A stretch of 64,000 nucleotides of DNA. It comes from a virus. Lineage: Duplodnaviria > Caudoviricetes. Shown piece after piece: positions 9,671 to 19,054 of this stretch. The stretch spans positions 54,999 to 118,998 of IMG/VR virus record IMGVR_UViG_3300037400_002947; one strand, written 5' to 3'. Within the stretch, counting starts at the first letter, position 1; each line of letters begins with the position of its first letter. The notes below the pieces were generated by a model that searched no databases, had not been told where the DNA came from, and saw only the letters and a list, made by a program, of their open reading frames with translations. The position numbers and the translations under genes are program-made.

Positions 9671-10852
9671 TTATAATTGAATCGGATAAAACGCTTTTAT
9701 CCCATCGTCATTAATGACTGCAACCGCCTGTGAAGGCGAGCCAACAAGTCTATGCTCAATACAATAATTCGATCCACTCCCAGCAAATGTTCCGGACTGA
9801 ATAACCTTAACCCCACTTATTTCGGAATAAGCTGTACTGTGTCTATGCCCGATGACAATTGCATACGGGACTTCTCCAATCATCATAGTTAATTTCTGAA
9901 CACCAGAAGCATCGGCCGTGTCATAATCTCCGTGGCAAAGAATGAATTGCAGTCCACAAATATTAAAAAAGGCTATTGTTGGGTCATATTTACAATGATC
10001 GAAAAACTTAACATTCGACACATTAGCAAGTTTTGCCTTCGCATACCAGCAGACAATAGAGTCAAGCCGTTCGCCACGCATGACTTCATTTTTCTTTCCA
10101 AGGCGAGAATGATTGCCAGATACATCGTTTACATAGACAACATTTACCAGCTTGCTCATTTTGAATATAAATTCAGAAATAAGTTCGCTGACAGTCTGAA
10201 CTTGCTGTATAACATTTTCGCCGTTTTCAAGTATTGTCGTGTAATGAATGATTCCGTTAACAGAATCGCCAAGTAAAGCAATGTATGCTTTATCAACATC
10301 ATGCTTTTTCACAATGTCGCAAATCTGAAGATAATACTTGTCGAATGTTTCCTTGGCGATTTTTACATTATACTCGCCAAAAAAAGAATCACCCGTGTCC
10401 AGACCGAGATGAACGTCTGACAGACATATAAGAATGTCGTTAACGCCAGAAGAGGAGATAACTATATTAGAAGACTCATAGGGCGATGTTTCCCTGATAA
10501 GCGATTCAAGATAATCTAGCTTTTCTTCTATCCGTGCAGAATCGCGATTCTGTCTCTGCCAAGCGTTGCGCTCGTCTCTGAATTTTACTTTTTCACGTTC
10601 AAGCATTCTCCGCTGATTTTCCATATCCTTCAGCTGATCTTCAGATTCAGTGAACAATTTTTGATTAGCAACGAACATTTTCTGAAATGCAGCGTATTTT
10701 TTGCGATATGTGCTTTCTCCGTAGTCATTGCCCAGAAGCTCGTTTAGAATGTCAGCGACATCCTGCCACGATCCAATTATTTCCTTGTCTTTACAAATTC
10801 GAAAAATCAGTTCATCGTCTGACTCTCCAAGATATCTTTTGTATTCAGCCAT
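9671..10852 (-). CDS. Calcineurin-like metallophosphoesterase (SPbeta YonJ-like)
   Basis: Motifs SDVHLG, LLGD, GNHSR, CHGD, GHRH. Confidence 0.85.
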   Translation of the reverse strand: MAEYKRYLGESDDELIFRICKDKEIIGSWQDVADILNELLGNDYGESTYRKKYAAFQKMFVANQKLFTESEDQLKDMENQRRMLEREKVKFRDERNAWQRQNRDSARIEEKLDYLESLIRETSPYESSNIVISSSGVNDILICLSDVHLGLDTGDSFFGEYNVKIAKETFDKYYLQICDIVKKHDVDKAYIALLGDSVNGIIHYTTILENGENVIQQVQTVSELISEFIFKMSKLVNVVYVNDVSGNHSRLGKKNEVMRGERLDSIVCWYAKAKLANVSNVKFFDHCKYDPTIAFFNICGLQFILCHGDYDTADASGVQKLTMMIGEVPYAIVIGHRHSTAYSEISGVKVIQSGTFAGSGSNYCIEHRLVGSPSQAVAVINDDGIKAFYPIQL

Positions 10853-10871
10853 TCATTATTCTCCATAAAAC

Positions 10872-11502
10872 AATGCAGCATTTTATAACAGCCATAAATA
10901 GGATTTCTCCTTACAAGCAAATAACGTCGTAATATTCAGTCATGGTGTCAACAAGTCCGAGCCACGCCAGCGTCCCAGCGAGACTTCTTGCCGAACAAAC
11001 CAATCAACCGATGCAAAACACCAGTCAAACGATTCGCAAATCACCAAAGAGATTGATACTCTCAACTTTCACCCGTCATTCGGAAAGAAGTCATCCCAAT
11101 GACAAATGTGCTACACGTCATAATTTCCGTTGGTTGAGCTACTCGTCCGGCAAACAGTTCTTATAGTCGCATTTCTGCAACGTCACAACGGTAGTAGCGG
11201 CTTATTTGGATTTCCCTTACTTACCACTCCAACAGTTTTCCACACCGTTGGCATCAGGGTTGTTCTCACACAGTGAGCGTCTATTGTGCCGCCGAACTGA
11301 ATCCGACTTTTTACGGTCATATTTGTTTGTGCCAGAGCTTGGCTTTTGCGGTTTCCGCATTTCCTATACAGGCATCACTGCCACTCGGAGATCACCAACT
11401 CAAAGTATCCCATGAATCAACGACCCGTCATACGCTCTGCCTCGGCACGGTGACTAACCGATCTTCACCGAGGTATTAATGGATGTTATAAAATGCTGCA
11501 TT
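10872..11502 (-). ncRNA. Large structured ncRNA (~630 nt), ROOL-like
   Basis: Intergenic; perfect 19-bp inverted repeat at 10872-10890 and 11484-11502; GNRA-capped hairpins on the minus strand (GGCA-GTGA-TGCC, GTTGCA-GAAA-TGCGAC, AGGA-GAAA-TCCT); size and phage/tRNA context fit ROOL. Confidence 0.75.
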
Positions 11503-11511
11503 CACAGCTAG

Positions 11512-12111
11512 TTAAATTATTTCATCAACAATTCCGAGCCGAAGCATTTCATCGGCATCAAGCCATAATTCTTTACGCTCAATCTTGTCGTAGTATTCTT
11601 CGTCAATTTTAGTATGAGAGAGTATATAGTCTTTGATTTTATCCTCATAGTGTTGACTAAAATCAAAGGTGTCTTTAACGGCGTGTGCCGAACCTTCCAT
11701 ATACTGCGAACCACTATGAATGAGGCCAACGCTAAACGGATGGCACACTGTTTTAACGTTCGGATTACTTCTGCCTGCCATTGCAATCAACGTACCCATC
11801 GAAGCAGCAAGCCCAACAATATGAATTGTCGTTGGGGTTTTGGCTTTTTCGATTGCGTCAACTAGCGCAAATCCAGCGTAAATATCACCACCAACCGTAG
11901 ATACAATGATTTCGATAGGCTTTCCACTTCCATCTGAATCCATTTCAATAAATGGAAGGATGGCCATTTCTAGAATCGAATCATCAATTTCCTGGTTAAT
12001 AATGATTCTTCTGTTGTTCAGATTGTTATAATACTGATATGACACAGGATCCGGAAGACATCCGTTGTCAAATACAGTGCTTAGAAGCTCACCTACTCCT
12101 ACTACATTCAT
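11512..12111 (-). CDS. clpP: ClpP-family protease
   Basis: STVGG, catalytic AASMG, GLIH and ELWLDADEMLRLGIVDEII; likely start ATG 12111. Confidence 0.85.
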   Translation of the reverse strand: MNVVGVGELLSTVFDNGCLPDPVSYQYYNNLNNRRIIINQEIDDSILEMAILPFIEMDSDGSGKPIEIIVSTVGGDIYAGFALVDAIEKAKTPTTIHIVGLAASMGTLIAMAGRSNPNVKTVCHPFSVGLIHSGSQYMEGSAHAVKDTFDFSQHYEDKIKDYILSHTKIDEEYYDKIERKELWLDADEMLRLGIVDEII

Positions 12112-12316
12112 TCCTTTTTTTCTCCTTATATTGAAATGTGGAGAGCACAGCACGCACTCTCTTTGACGGACCCCAATCACAATCAATCAGACCTTGTATG
12201 CATAATCTGACGTATATTATTTTCCAATCGGAATCCATCAACTTTGTAATCGCACGAATAACACAATCCCCAGTACGTTTGTACCGGGGATTGGGATTAT
12301 AAAAAACATATGCCAT
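12089..12316 (-). pseudogene. Truncated phage protein of the NPNP...GDCVIRAI family
   Basis: N-terminus matches a common ~130-aa phage family (from memory) but similarity ends after ~48 aa and the frame runs into clpP. Confidence 0.4.
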
Positions 12317-12594
12317 TATCTTACATAGTCTCTAAAAGATCTGCTTACCAGAACTTTGATTCTTGTGATTGGTTCGGAACGCTGCATGCAATTTTCTTTT
12401 GGATTGCGCACCATTCTTTCGCCTAGCCTATCACCCCGAATACCAAGTCCTTCAAACAGTTTCACCTCGTCACATTTTCTAACATGATCGTAAACCAAAT
12501 CCTTCATTGTGCCGATGATAAATTTCAATTCGCCTAACGTGTAACCAGTTCGATCACGGATCTCTCTGATCAAATCATCATTACTTATATACAT
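12316..12594 (-). CDS. HU/IHF-like DNA-binding protein (SPbeta YonN position)
   Basis: 92 aa; DLIREIRDRTG...EVKLFEGLG...RMVRNPK HU pattern. Confidence 0.75.
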   Translation of the reverse strand: MYISNDDLIREIRDRTGYTLGELKFIIGTMKDLVYDHVRKCDEVKLFEGLGIRGDRLGERMVRNPKENCMQRSEPITRIKVLVSRSFRDYVR

Positions 12595-12669
12595 TTAACT
12601 CCTTTTGCTCTGAAAAGGTCTCCTTTCTCTCATAAGGGAACCTTGACCGACTTAAAAATAGAACAATAA

Positions 12670-15303
12670 TTATTGAACTGACAATTTGTCAGAATCGTTC
12701 AGGTGTACAGATTTTGAGGCATTTTTTGAAAAAACCTGAAGGAATTGCCGCGGACTAACATCGTATAAAACCTTCATCAGTAAAGAACGGTTCTTATTTA
12801 ATGTCGTTTTAATTTCTCTTTGATTCTTTTGAATACTTGGTGTGATTGAGAAGGCTCGATTGATAAGCCATGATATGAGAGGAAGATAATTGTTTGAGAG
12901 GTATACGCCACGAATATCTGAAATCATTTCATCAAAGTCTTGTCGTAGCAATAAATATTCTTCCTCGTCTGAAATGTCATCTGCGTTGTATTTATAAAGA
13001 TTGAATGAATACTTTTGAATTAATTCTTCGACCTTCTTGCACTTCCGGCGATCGCCAGTCATTTCGTAACGATTGTAAAAGGTGTCGATCGGAAGAGTGG
13101 ATTCGTCCGAGCGGTTCAGTGGTGATCTGTACATAAACAGGCAATTCATCGGACATTGTAAATCTGGATTTATTAGGTGGATTGCTTTTTCTTTAGTGTA
13201 TCTAATCGGGCTGAACTCCGGCTTAATAATTCGCCAGAAACTCGGATAGAGATTCTCGTTGAGTTCCATGGCCCGTTTTATTCTTTTTATCTCCGAAGGT
13301 ATGTCACAATCATAAGTGCGTTTTGCATTGTCAATTGCCGCCTGGGCAAGAACCGACAAAATACAAACAAAGTCCTCGAACTTTTGTTCTGAAAAATTGT
13401 AAGTATACGTCAGAGCTATCTGCGCCAGATTGCTAGACTCACCGATTGCGAGCTGTGCCTTTGCCAGTTTGTTATCAATTGCCGCAAAATTTTCAAGCGT
13501 ATTGTTGTAGTGGTTCTTTTCTTTTGGTATATTGTTTACTATTGTTGGATAGTCAAACTTACATAGTTTTGCGTGTGCGACTATCTGCGGTTGGTTTGTT
13601 ACATACAGACTGTCAGAGTCTTGATCGCTTCCGTTCGCGCGATCCTGAAAGTCTGTGTGATTTAAATTCACTGCAATTATCTGCTTGCCAAAATTAAAAT
13701 ATCTATCAAAGAGTTCATGATAGTGGTTGCGCAGAGAAATAATATTATTACACGAGTTATGCGGAGATCTGAATCCCGCAATGCTTTCCCCATTCTTAAA
13801 CCTGCCAGTGAAGCATTGTATTGCATCCTCTTCTTGTAAGAATGTTGGGTCATCATCTGGATTAAGACCAACCGTATACATCAACATTGCGTACGGGCTA
13901 CCTACGATTACAAGATTGTCCGCATTCTGGATCAGCTTCCCAGACTTCATGTTCGTTACATATGTGTTTATGATTTTTTTCTTTCTCTCGCGAAAATAAT
14001 CGCATCGCAAGAAGTCCCTGTCTTGATTCACAAGCGCAATAAGCACTTCAAAGTCGTTGCTGAAATTTTTGTTATTGTCGAGATAACGAAGAAACTCGTC
14101 GTCATCTGTCTGTAACTTTTGCAAATACAAATCGGTTTCGGCAATTACCTCTGTCATATTATTAATATCAAGAGTGTTGACCATTTGATAGCTCATCTTC
14201 TGAACATCGCCAAGCTTAGAAGGATGGGCGGTCTTAACTATGCCAAACAGCGAATCATTTTTTCGAACCCATTCACACCAGTAATCGTATGAGATATCAA
14301 ACTTTAGCCACTTGATTGCATTGTCCGTGGTAACCATCTTTATATCTTTGACGAGATGATCGTTACCCCACATATCTTTGATGGTGGCGTCTTGATAATC
14401 ACCGCCATAATGATCTCGGAAGAACTCTTGCAGGTTCGTGCTAAATGCGGCGGCTTTGAACATGTGTTGCCGAAGCAGAATGTATCCGTCGCCCCAGGGC
14501 GGAAACACACTTGAGTCAATCAATGCCTGCCCATCGAACATCGTATTCTTTAGACGGTAATTGTCTTTATGAATTGCAACACACTCTCTGTTTTCGTTTG
14601 TTTCAATGCTCACAACATTTGTTTCAAAAAATGAATCTACGTCTTCGAGAATTAGAATGTTTTCCGGCTCAATTTTTACTCGCCCAACAATAGTACTCGT
14701 GATGAGAGAAGAGTAGGCACCAATCTCTACAATTTGCGCATTCTCTTTTGGTAGTTTGATTCCCATATACAAGAAGTCACGCGCCTTGTTGTAAAGCCTA
14801 TCACATATAAAATACACCGTGCCTTTTTTTGCTTTACCTGGGGTCCGGTACAGCATTTTATAATGTATTGATTCTTTTTTGATCACGTCGCCATGTTTAT
14901 TGTGAGTTTTATATGTTACTGAAACACCATTGACGTAGAACATGGTTCTTAATTCGGCTTTTGACTTTTTGTCGTAACGATGTTCGTTCCGCTTTGCCTC
15001 AGCAATTAAATTGGTTATACGTTCAATCCGAGCCTCATCATCCGGATTGGTTTCGCCTAAAAGCTTTTCCAGATGTTTTATCTCATCTTCGTAACTGCGA
15101 GACCCGTATCCGAATTCAAGACATACGACGTCGCGCGTTGATCCATCCTTCCATATTCGTATGCCATTGTCCATGAGAAAGTCCAGAAACAATGAGTTTG
15201 TCAACATTGCATCCTTGGTGTCAAGATTATCTCTAACACCAAGGTTGCATTCATAAATAGAAGAGGCTTGGATGTTTTTTATCTTAAGTCCATACTCATT
15301 CAA
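12670..15303 (-). CDS. YonO-like single-subunit RNA polymerase (double-psi-barrel, RdRP-homologous)
   Basis: FDGQALID, RSPHN and metal-binding GSDQDSD motifs; synteny with HU and terminase as in SPbeta; probable TTG start at 15303 (ORF track 15345). Confidence 0.85.
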   Translation of the reverse strand: MNEYGLKIKNIQASSIYECNLGVRDNLDTKDAMLTNSLFLDFLMDNGIRIWKDGSTRDVVCLEFGYGSRSYEDEIKHLEKLLGETNPDDEARIERITNLIAEAKRNEHRYDKKSKAELRTMFYVNGVSVTYKTHNKHGDVIKKESIHYKMLYRTPGKAKKGTVYFICDRLYNKARDFLYMGIKLPKENAQIVEIGAYSSLITSTIVGRVKIEPENILILEDVDSFFETNVVSIETNENRECVAIHKDNYRLKNTMFDGQALIDSSVFPPWGDGYILLRQHMFKAAAFSTNLQEFFRDHYGGDYQDATIKDMWGNDHLVKDIKMVTTDNAIKWLKFDISYDYWCEWVRKNDSLFGIVKTAHPSKLGDVQKMSYQMVNTLDINNMTEVIAETDLYLQKLQTDDDEFLRYLDNNKNFSNDFEVLIALVNQDRDFLRCDYFRERKKKIINTYVTNMKSGKLIQNADNLVIVGSPYAMLMYTVGLNPDDDPTFLQEEDAIQCFTGRFKNGESIAGFRSPHNSCNNIISLRNHYHELFDRYFNFGKQIIAVNLNHTDFQDRANGSDQDSDSLYVTNQPQIVAHAKLCKFDYPTIVNNIPKEKNHYNNTLENFAAIDNKLAKAQLAIGESSNLAQIALTYTYNFSEQKFEDFVCILSVLAQAAIDNAKRTYDCDIPSEIKRIKRAMELNENLYPSFWRIIKPEFSPIRYTKEKAIHLINPDLQCPMNCLFMYRSPLNRSDESTLPIDTFYNRYEMTGDRRKCKKVEELIQKYSFNLYKYNADDISDEEEYLLLRQDFDEMISDIRGVYLSNNYLPLISWLINRAFSITPSIQKNQREIKTTLNKNRSLLMKVLYDVSPRQFLQVFSKNASKSVHLNDSDKLSVQ

Positions 15304-16459
15304 GCTTACATATTCCCCCTTCAATGTGTTTGCGGATTGAGTCAACCAGTAACTTTACTTCGTAAGGTTTAGTGTCCGGTTCAAAACTGATGCGCACCGT
15401 CTGCCTTGCCTTTTCGTCGCTGTACATCATTGCTTTAAGAATGCGGCTAGGCTTATTTTCTCCTGTCGAACACGCCGATCCGGCTGAAAGTGCAAAGCCA
15501 TCCATGTTGAGAGCGGCGACCAGTTTGTTTGCGTCGACACCGTCAAAGCTTACGGACAGAATATTTGGCGCACTGCCAACGACGAATGGCGGCAAAGACA
15601 GGGCCTCAATGCGACTATCATGCAACTCGCAATAAAGCAGCTTCTTAAGGTGATTGAGATTCCACAAGTTTTGTTCTACAGAATCTCTGTAGCTCTTAAG
15701 CGCTTTCGACATTGCAACAATTGCCGCTACGTTTTCGGTCCCAGGGCGTAGACCGCCCTCTTGATGTCCACCGTACATAAACGGCCGGAGAGAAGATGGA
15801 TCTTTTGCATATAAGAATCCGCATCCTTTGAAGCCGCCGAACTTATGGGCGCTGGCAAATGCGTAGTCAACGCCCAGATTGACTTTGCGGTCATATGCAA
15901 TACTCTGCGTCATGTCACAAAGAAACAACACTTCGGAATCCATCTCGACCATCTCAACGATTTTGTCGACAGGCTGAATTACGCCTGTCTCGTTATTGAC
16001 GCTCATTACGCAGATAAGAACATGCTTTTTATACATCGATGGATCTAACAGAATTGCCGCAATTTCTTCGTGCGACACGCGACCGCGCTCATCGACCGAG
16101 AGCCATCGTGTAAGAACGCCGCAGCTTTCCATATATTTGACAGTGTTGTAAACACATGGATGTTCAATAGGAGAGCAGATGATGAGCCAGTCGTCTTCTT
16201 CACCACGAGGAATCTGCCCCTGAATAATCCAGTTTGCAGCTTCAGTCGAACCGGAAGTAAAGAATATCTGCTCCGGATTAGCACCTATGCTGTCTGCTAT
16301 CGTACGCCGCGCATCTTCAAGGGCGACTCGTGCATCCAGTCCGCCGTCATAAACGGTAGAAGACGGATTGTACCATTTACCAAAGCTGATATCAGCAAAC
16401 GCATCGATTGCTTCAGTAGAAGGTGCAGTTGTGGCGGCATTGTCAAAATAGTAAAGCAT
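15296..16459 (-). CDS. iscS: Cysteine desulfurase (IscS/NifS family)
   Basis: YFDNAATT, FTSGSTEA, VNNETG, PLP lysine SAHKFGG, RPGTEN, catalytic Cys in SAGSACST. Confidence 0.92.
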   Translation of the reverse strand: MLYYFDNAATTAPSTEAIDAFADISFGKWYNPSSTVYDGGLDARVALEDARRTIADSIGANPEQIFFTSGSTEAANWIIQGQIPRGEEDDWLIICSPIEHPCVYNTVKYMESCGVLTRWLSVDERGRVSHEEIAAILLDPSMYKKHVLICVMSVNNETGVIQPVDKIVEMVEMDSEVLFLCDMTQSIAYDRKVNLGVDYAFASAHKFGGFKGCGFLYAKDPSSLRPFMYGGHQEGGLRPGTENVAAIVAMSKALKSYRDSVEQNLWNLNHLKKLLYCELHDSRIEALSLPPFVVGSAPNILSVSFDGVDANKLVAALNMDGFALSAGSACSTGENKPSRILKAMMYSDEKARQTVRISFEPDTKPYEVKLLVDSIRKHIEGGICKLE

Positions 16460-16719
16460 CAGTTCTGTACCCTTTCGAGAGTGTATACGCTGTTTTCGGT
16501 AACTACGGTAATTGTTCGTGTAGCCTGATCCATAGCGTCCATGACCACGGGAGATGTCAGCATCGCCTTACCAACCCGTTCGCCAACGGCATACTCCGCA
16601 TACATGCGCTCCTCGCCGTCTGAACAAAGCTTGAACTCAGGATCATAAATTATTTCACCAATCCGCTCCGGCTTTTGGGTTTTGCCAGAGCGGTCGGTAA
16701 CGTTTGCTATTCTGTACAT
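16459..16719 (-). CDS. Hypothetical protein
   Basis: 86 aa, AAGGAG RBS, coupled to iscS. Confidence 0.65.
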   Translation of the reverse strand: MYRIANVTDRSGKTQKPERIGEIIYDPEFKLCSDGEERMYAEYAVGERVGKAMLTSPVVMDAMDQATRTITVVTENSVYTLERVQN

Positions 16720-16722
16720 TAA

Positions 16723-17061
16723 CTACTCCTTATATTCATCTATCCGAAATAGAACGCCGTTGTCTGCTACGGATTTGAAGGTTATACTAACGTCGCAGCC
16801 TCTGCTGATTACAATCCTAGCCAATTTATTTTCATGTGCGTCAAAAGCACATACTTCATCTTCGTGCAACTCAATTGATGTCTCACCACCAACAACGACC
16901 TTTGACGTAAATACTGCTCCGTTAAACTTTAATTTAAGGAAGAACGGTTCGTCGCATCCGATGTCTATGGCTGTAAGGTCAAAATAACTTGTCTTGCAAT
17001 ACGGACATGTATCAGCATTAATGTCGTATGGCGCTCCACAGTTTGGACAGTTGCGGTTCAT
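16723..17061 (-). CDS. Zn-ribbon hypothetical protein
   Basis: CPNCGAP...CPYC; AAGGAG RBS. Confidence 0.7.
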   Translation of the reverse strand: MNRNCPNCGAPYDINADTCPYCKTSYFDLTAIDIGCDEPFFLKLKFNGAVFTSKVVVGGETSIELHEDEVCAFDAHENKLARIVISRGCDVSITFKSVADNGVLFRIDEYKE

Positions 17062-17073
17062 AGCTACTCCTTA

Positions 17074-18237
17074 TTAATGATATTTCAATAAATAATCGTT
17101 GCTTACAGCCTTGAATGACTGCTTGCCGTCCATGCTGCGGAACACAATTCCTTCGCGCATGCCGTCGTATAGCTGGGACTTGCCGTCCGCCATTGCAACA
17201 ACAGCATCAACGTCGTCCGGCAGTTCAACGCCAAAATCAAGAATCGGCACACATGGAATTCCAAACCTGTCCATTACGCGCACCATCTCGACAGAGCTTA
17301 CACGACCACACGAAGAATAAATCAGATTAAACACAGCAAGCCGACGCTCGTGCAGTCCATATGTTGTTTTTTGAACGCCCTCTCCGTAAACTTCTCCCTG
17401 AATCGTAATATATGATTCGTTAGAATTCTCTTCGAGAAGCTTTCCAAGAACCTCGCGCATCTTGTACTTTTCAGCCATTTCGGTATAGATGTTCGTATCA
17501 TAGTAACAAGATTCTTTTCCGGTCTCGAAACAAACGTTGCGAGAGCACACGAGAAATTCCGGCTTGCTCCACACATGCTTGCCACGACGGATAGTAAATG
17601 TGCTGCTTGAGCCGTCAATCTTCTCTGTGGCAATCCAATGAGTGTCTCCGTGGAGAATATATGGTACGTTTTGGATTCGATCCTCGTCTGTTTTGCGCAC
17701 CCAGTCCGGCCATCCGTGATCCTTTTTCTTTTTGCCAAAAAACAGGAACAGCAGTTTCCTTCCCCAGGTCCTTTTCATCATCCACCGGAACGGCTGTTTG
17801 GCAAACAGCTTTCCGTGACGTTGTGCCATCTTTTTGTACTTGTCGCCAGAAGGAGCCTTGCGAATGTTGTCCTGCGGCTCGTAATATTTGACACCAAGTT
17901 TTTCGGTTACATAATCTCCGACGGCGCACGACGCAAGCTCCGGAAATTCTGAGAGCGGCATCAGCAGTCCTTGGGAAATAACTTTGCCTTTGCACATCCG
18001 CTGAGTCTTCACGCGGTATTTATACTTCTCGCAGAATGCGAAGCGCTCGTCGGTAGCGGGAAGGAGAGAGTCGATCTCAAAATATACGGCGGCGTCTCCG
18101 GCTCTCATTTCTTTACCAACGACGCAGTGCCAACCATTTACTGTGGCAAGAGCAATGCGGTCGTACCCTTCAATCGGCTCGACAGCATCGACAGTGACGA
18201 TGTATGCGAGTTCGCGCTCGCCTTTTTTGTTAAGCAT
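17074..18237 (-). CDS. ATP-dependent RNA ligase (DRB0094/Rnl5-like)
   Basis: N-terminal OB-like domain (YFEIDSLLP); motif I TEKIDGSS, IQGE, EGIVFR, SFKAVS. Confidence 0.85.
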   Translation of the reverse strand: MLNKKGERELAYIVTVDAVEPIEGYDRIALATVNGWHCVVGKEMRAGDAAVYFEIDSLLPATDERFAFCEKYKYRVKTQRMCKGKVISQGLLMPLSEFPELASCAVGDYVTEKLGVKYYEPQDNIRKAPSGDKYKKMAQRHGKLFAKQPFRWMMKRTWGRKLLFLFFGKKKKDHGWPDWVRKTDEDRIQNVPYILHGDTHWIATEKIDGSSSTFTIRRGKHVWSKPEFLVCSRNVCFETGKESCYYDTNIYTEMAEKYKMREVLGKLLEENSNESYITIQGEVYGEGVQKTTYGLHERRLAVFNLIYSSCGRVSSVEMVRVMDRFGIPCVPILDFGVELPDDVDAVVAMADGKSQLYDGMREGIVFRSMDGKQSFKAVSNDYLLKYH

Positions 18238-18394
18238 CTACTTCATCCTCCCTTACAAGCTTTGCCTCTTTTAGCTTGTTCCGCATATCACGCATCTGCG
18301 CGACGTTGTATGCGTTAAGGTCAAACATATAATGAGGAATTGTCTTGAAGTGTCTGCGCTGACTTCTCTTCTTGTGCTTCTGTGCTGTAGCCAT
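18230..18394 (-). CDS. Small basic hypothetical protein
   Basis: ATG 18394 (MATAQKHKKRS) after AAGGAG. Confidence 0.6.
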   Translation of the reverse strand: MATAQKHKKRSQRRHFKTIPHYMFDLNAYNVAQMRDMRNKLKEAKLVREDEVDA

Positions 18395-18405
18395 AAACTC
18401 TCCTT

Positions 18406-18567
18406 TCACCCGCAATTCGGGCACTCATAATAGCTGAAAGATTCCATGTGTTCGCCAATATCAAAAAACTCGGTGCATCGGTGCATCACCGCGCCGCAAA
18501 CAGGGCAGTAGTGAACGCGGCCTTCTGCATCGGCAATTTCGAAAGGACTCATATCATATTCATTCAT
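18406..18567 (-). CDS. Small Zn-ribbon protein (53 aa, not in ORF track)
   Basis: MNEYDMS...YCPVCG...YECPNCG; overlaps the dUTPase stop. Confidence 0.6.
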   Translation of the reverse strand: MNEYDMSPFEIADAEGRVHYCPVCGAVMHRCTEFFDIGEHMESFSYYECPNCG

Positions 18568-19054
18568 CGGTACTTCCTATACCCCCCTTGCGCTTGCCAG
18601 TCGAAGAGTCGTCCTCGACGGTCTCGTACTTCACAATGATGCCCTGGGCAATTCGATTACCAGAATCGAGATACTTCCACTCGTCGTCTCTGTTGTAGAC
18701 ACAAAGAATAATGTGTCCCTCGTTGTCAGAGTTATCATAGTAATCAGCATCGATGACTCCGATGGTGTTGGCCAGAGATAACCCGCGCTTGATTCCGATG
18801 CTTGAACGAATATCAAGAAGTAGAACGCAGTCGTTGTCGAGTCTGCACTTTACTCCGGTATAAATTTTCTTTGTGCCGCGCGGCGGAATTGACACGTCAT
18901 ATGGTAAATAAAAGTCATATCCGGCAGAGTGTGCCGTTAACCGTTTCGGCAGGATGATGCCGCTCCAGCAGTGACCGACCCAGTCTTCGTCGTTTTCGGA
19001 CGGCGCAAGGTCGGCAAGAAATTGGCTTTTTGTTACTCTTTCAAATTTATTCAT
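18560..19054 (-). CDS. dut: Trimeric dUTPase
   Basis: SAGYDF, RSS, GVIDADY, RIAQG, RKGGIGST. Confidence 0.92.
   Translation of the reverse strand: MNKFERVTKSQFLADLAPSENDEDWVGHCWSGIILPKRLTAHSAGYDFYLPYDVSIPPRGTKKIYTGVKCRLDNDCVLLLDIRSSIGIKRGLSLANTIGVIDADYYDNSDNEGHIILCVYNRDDEWKYLDSGNRIAQGIIVKYETVEDDSSTGKRKGGIGSTDE

Noticed and set aside
10687-11479. Short plus-strand ORFs in the clpP-phosphoesterase gap
   Set aside because: Antisense to the operon, no RBS noticed, and the region is better explained as a structured RNA.
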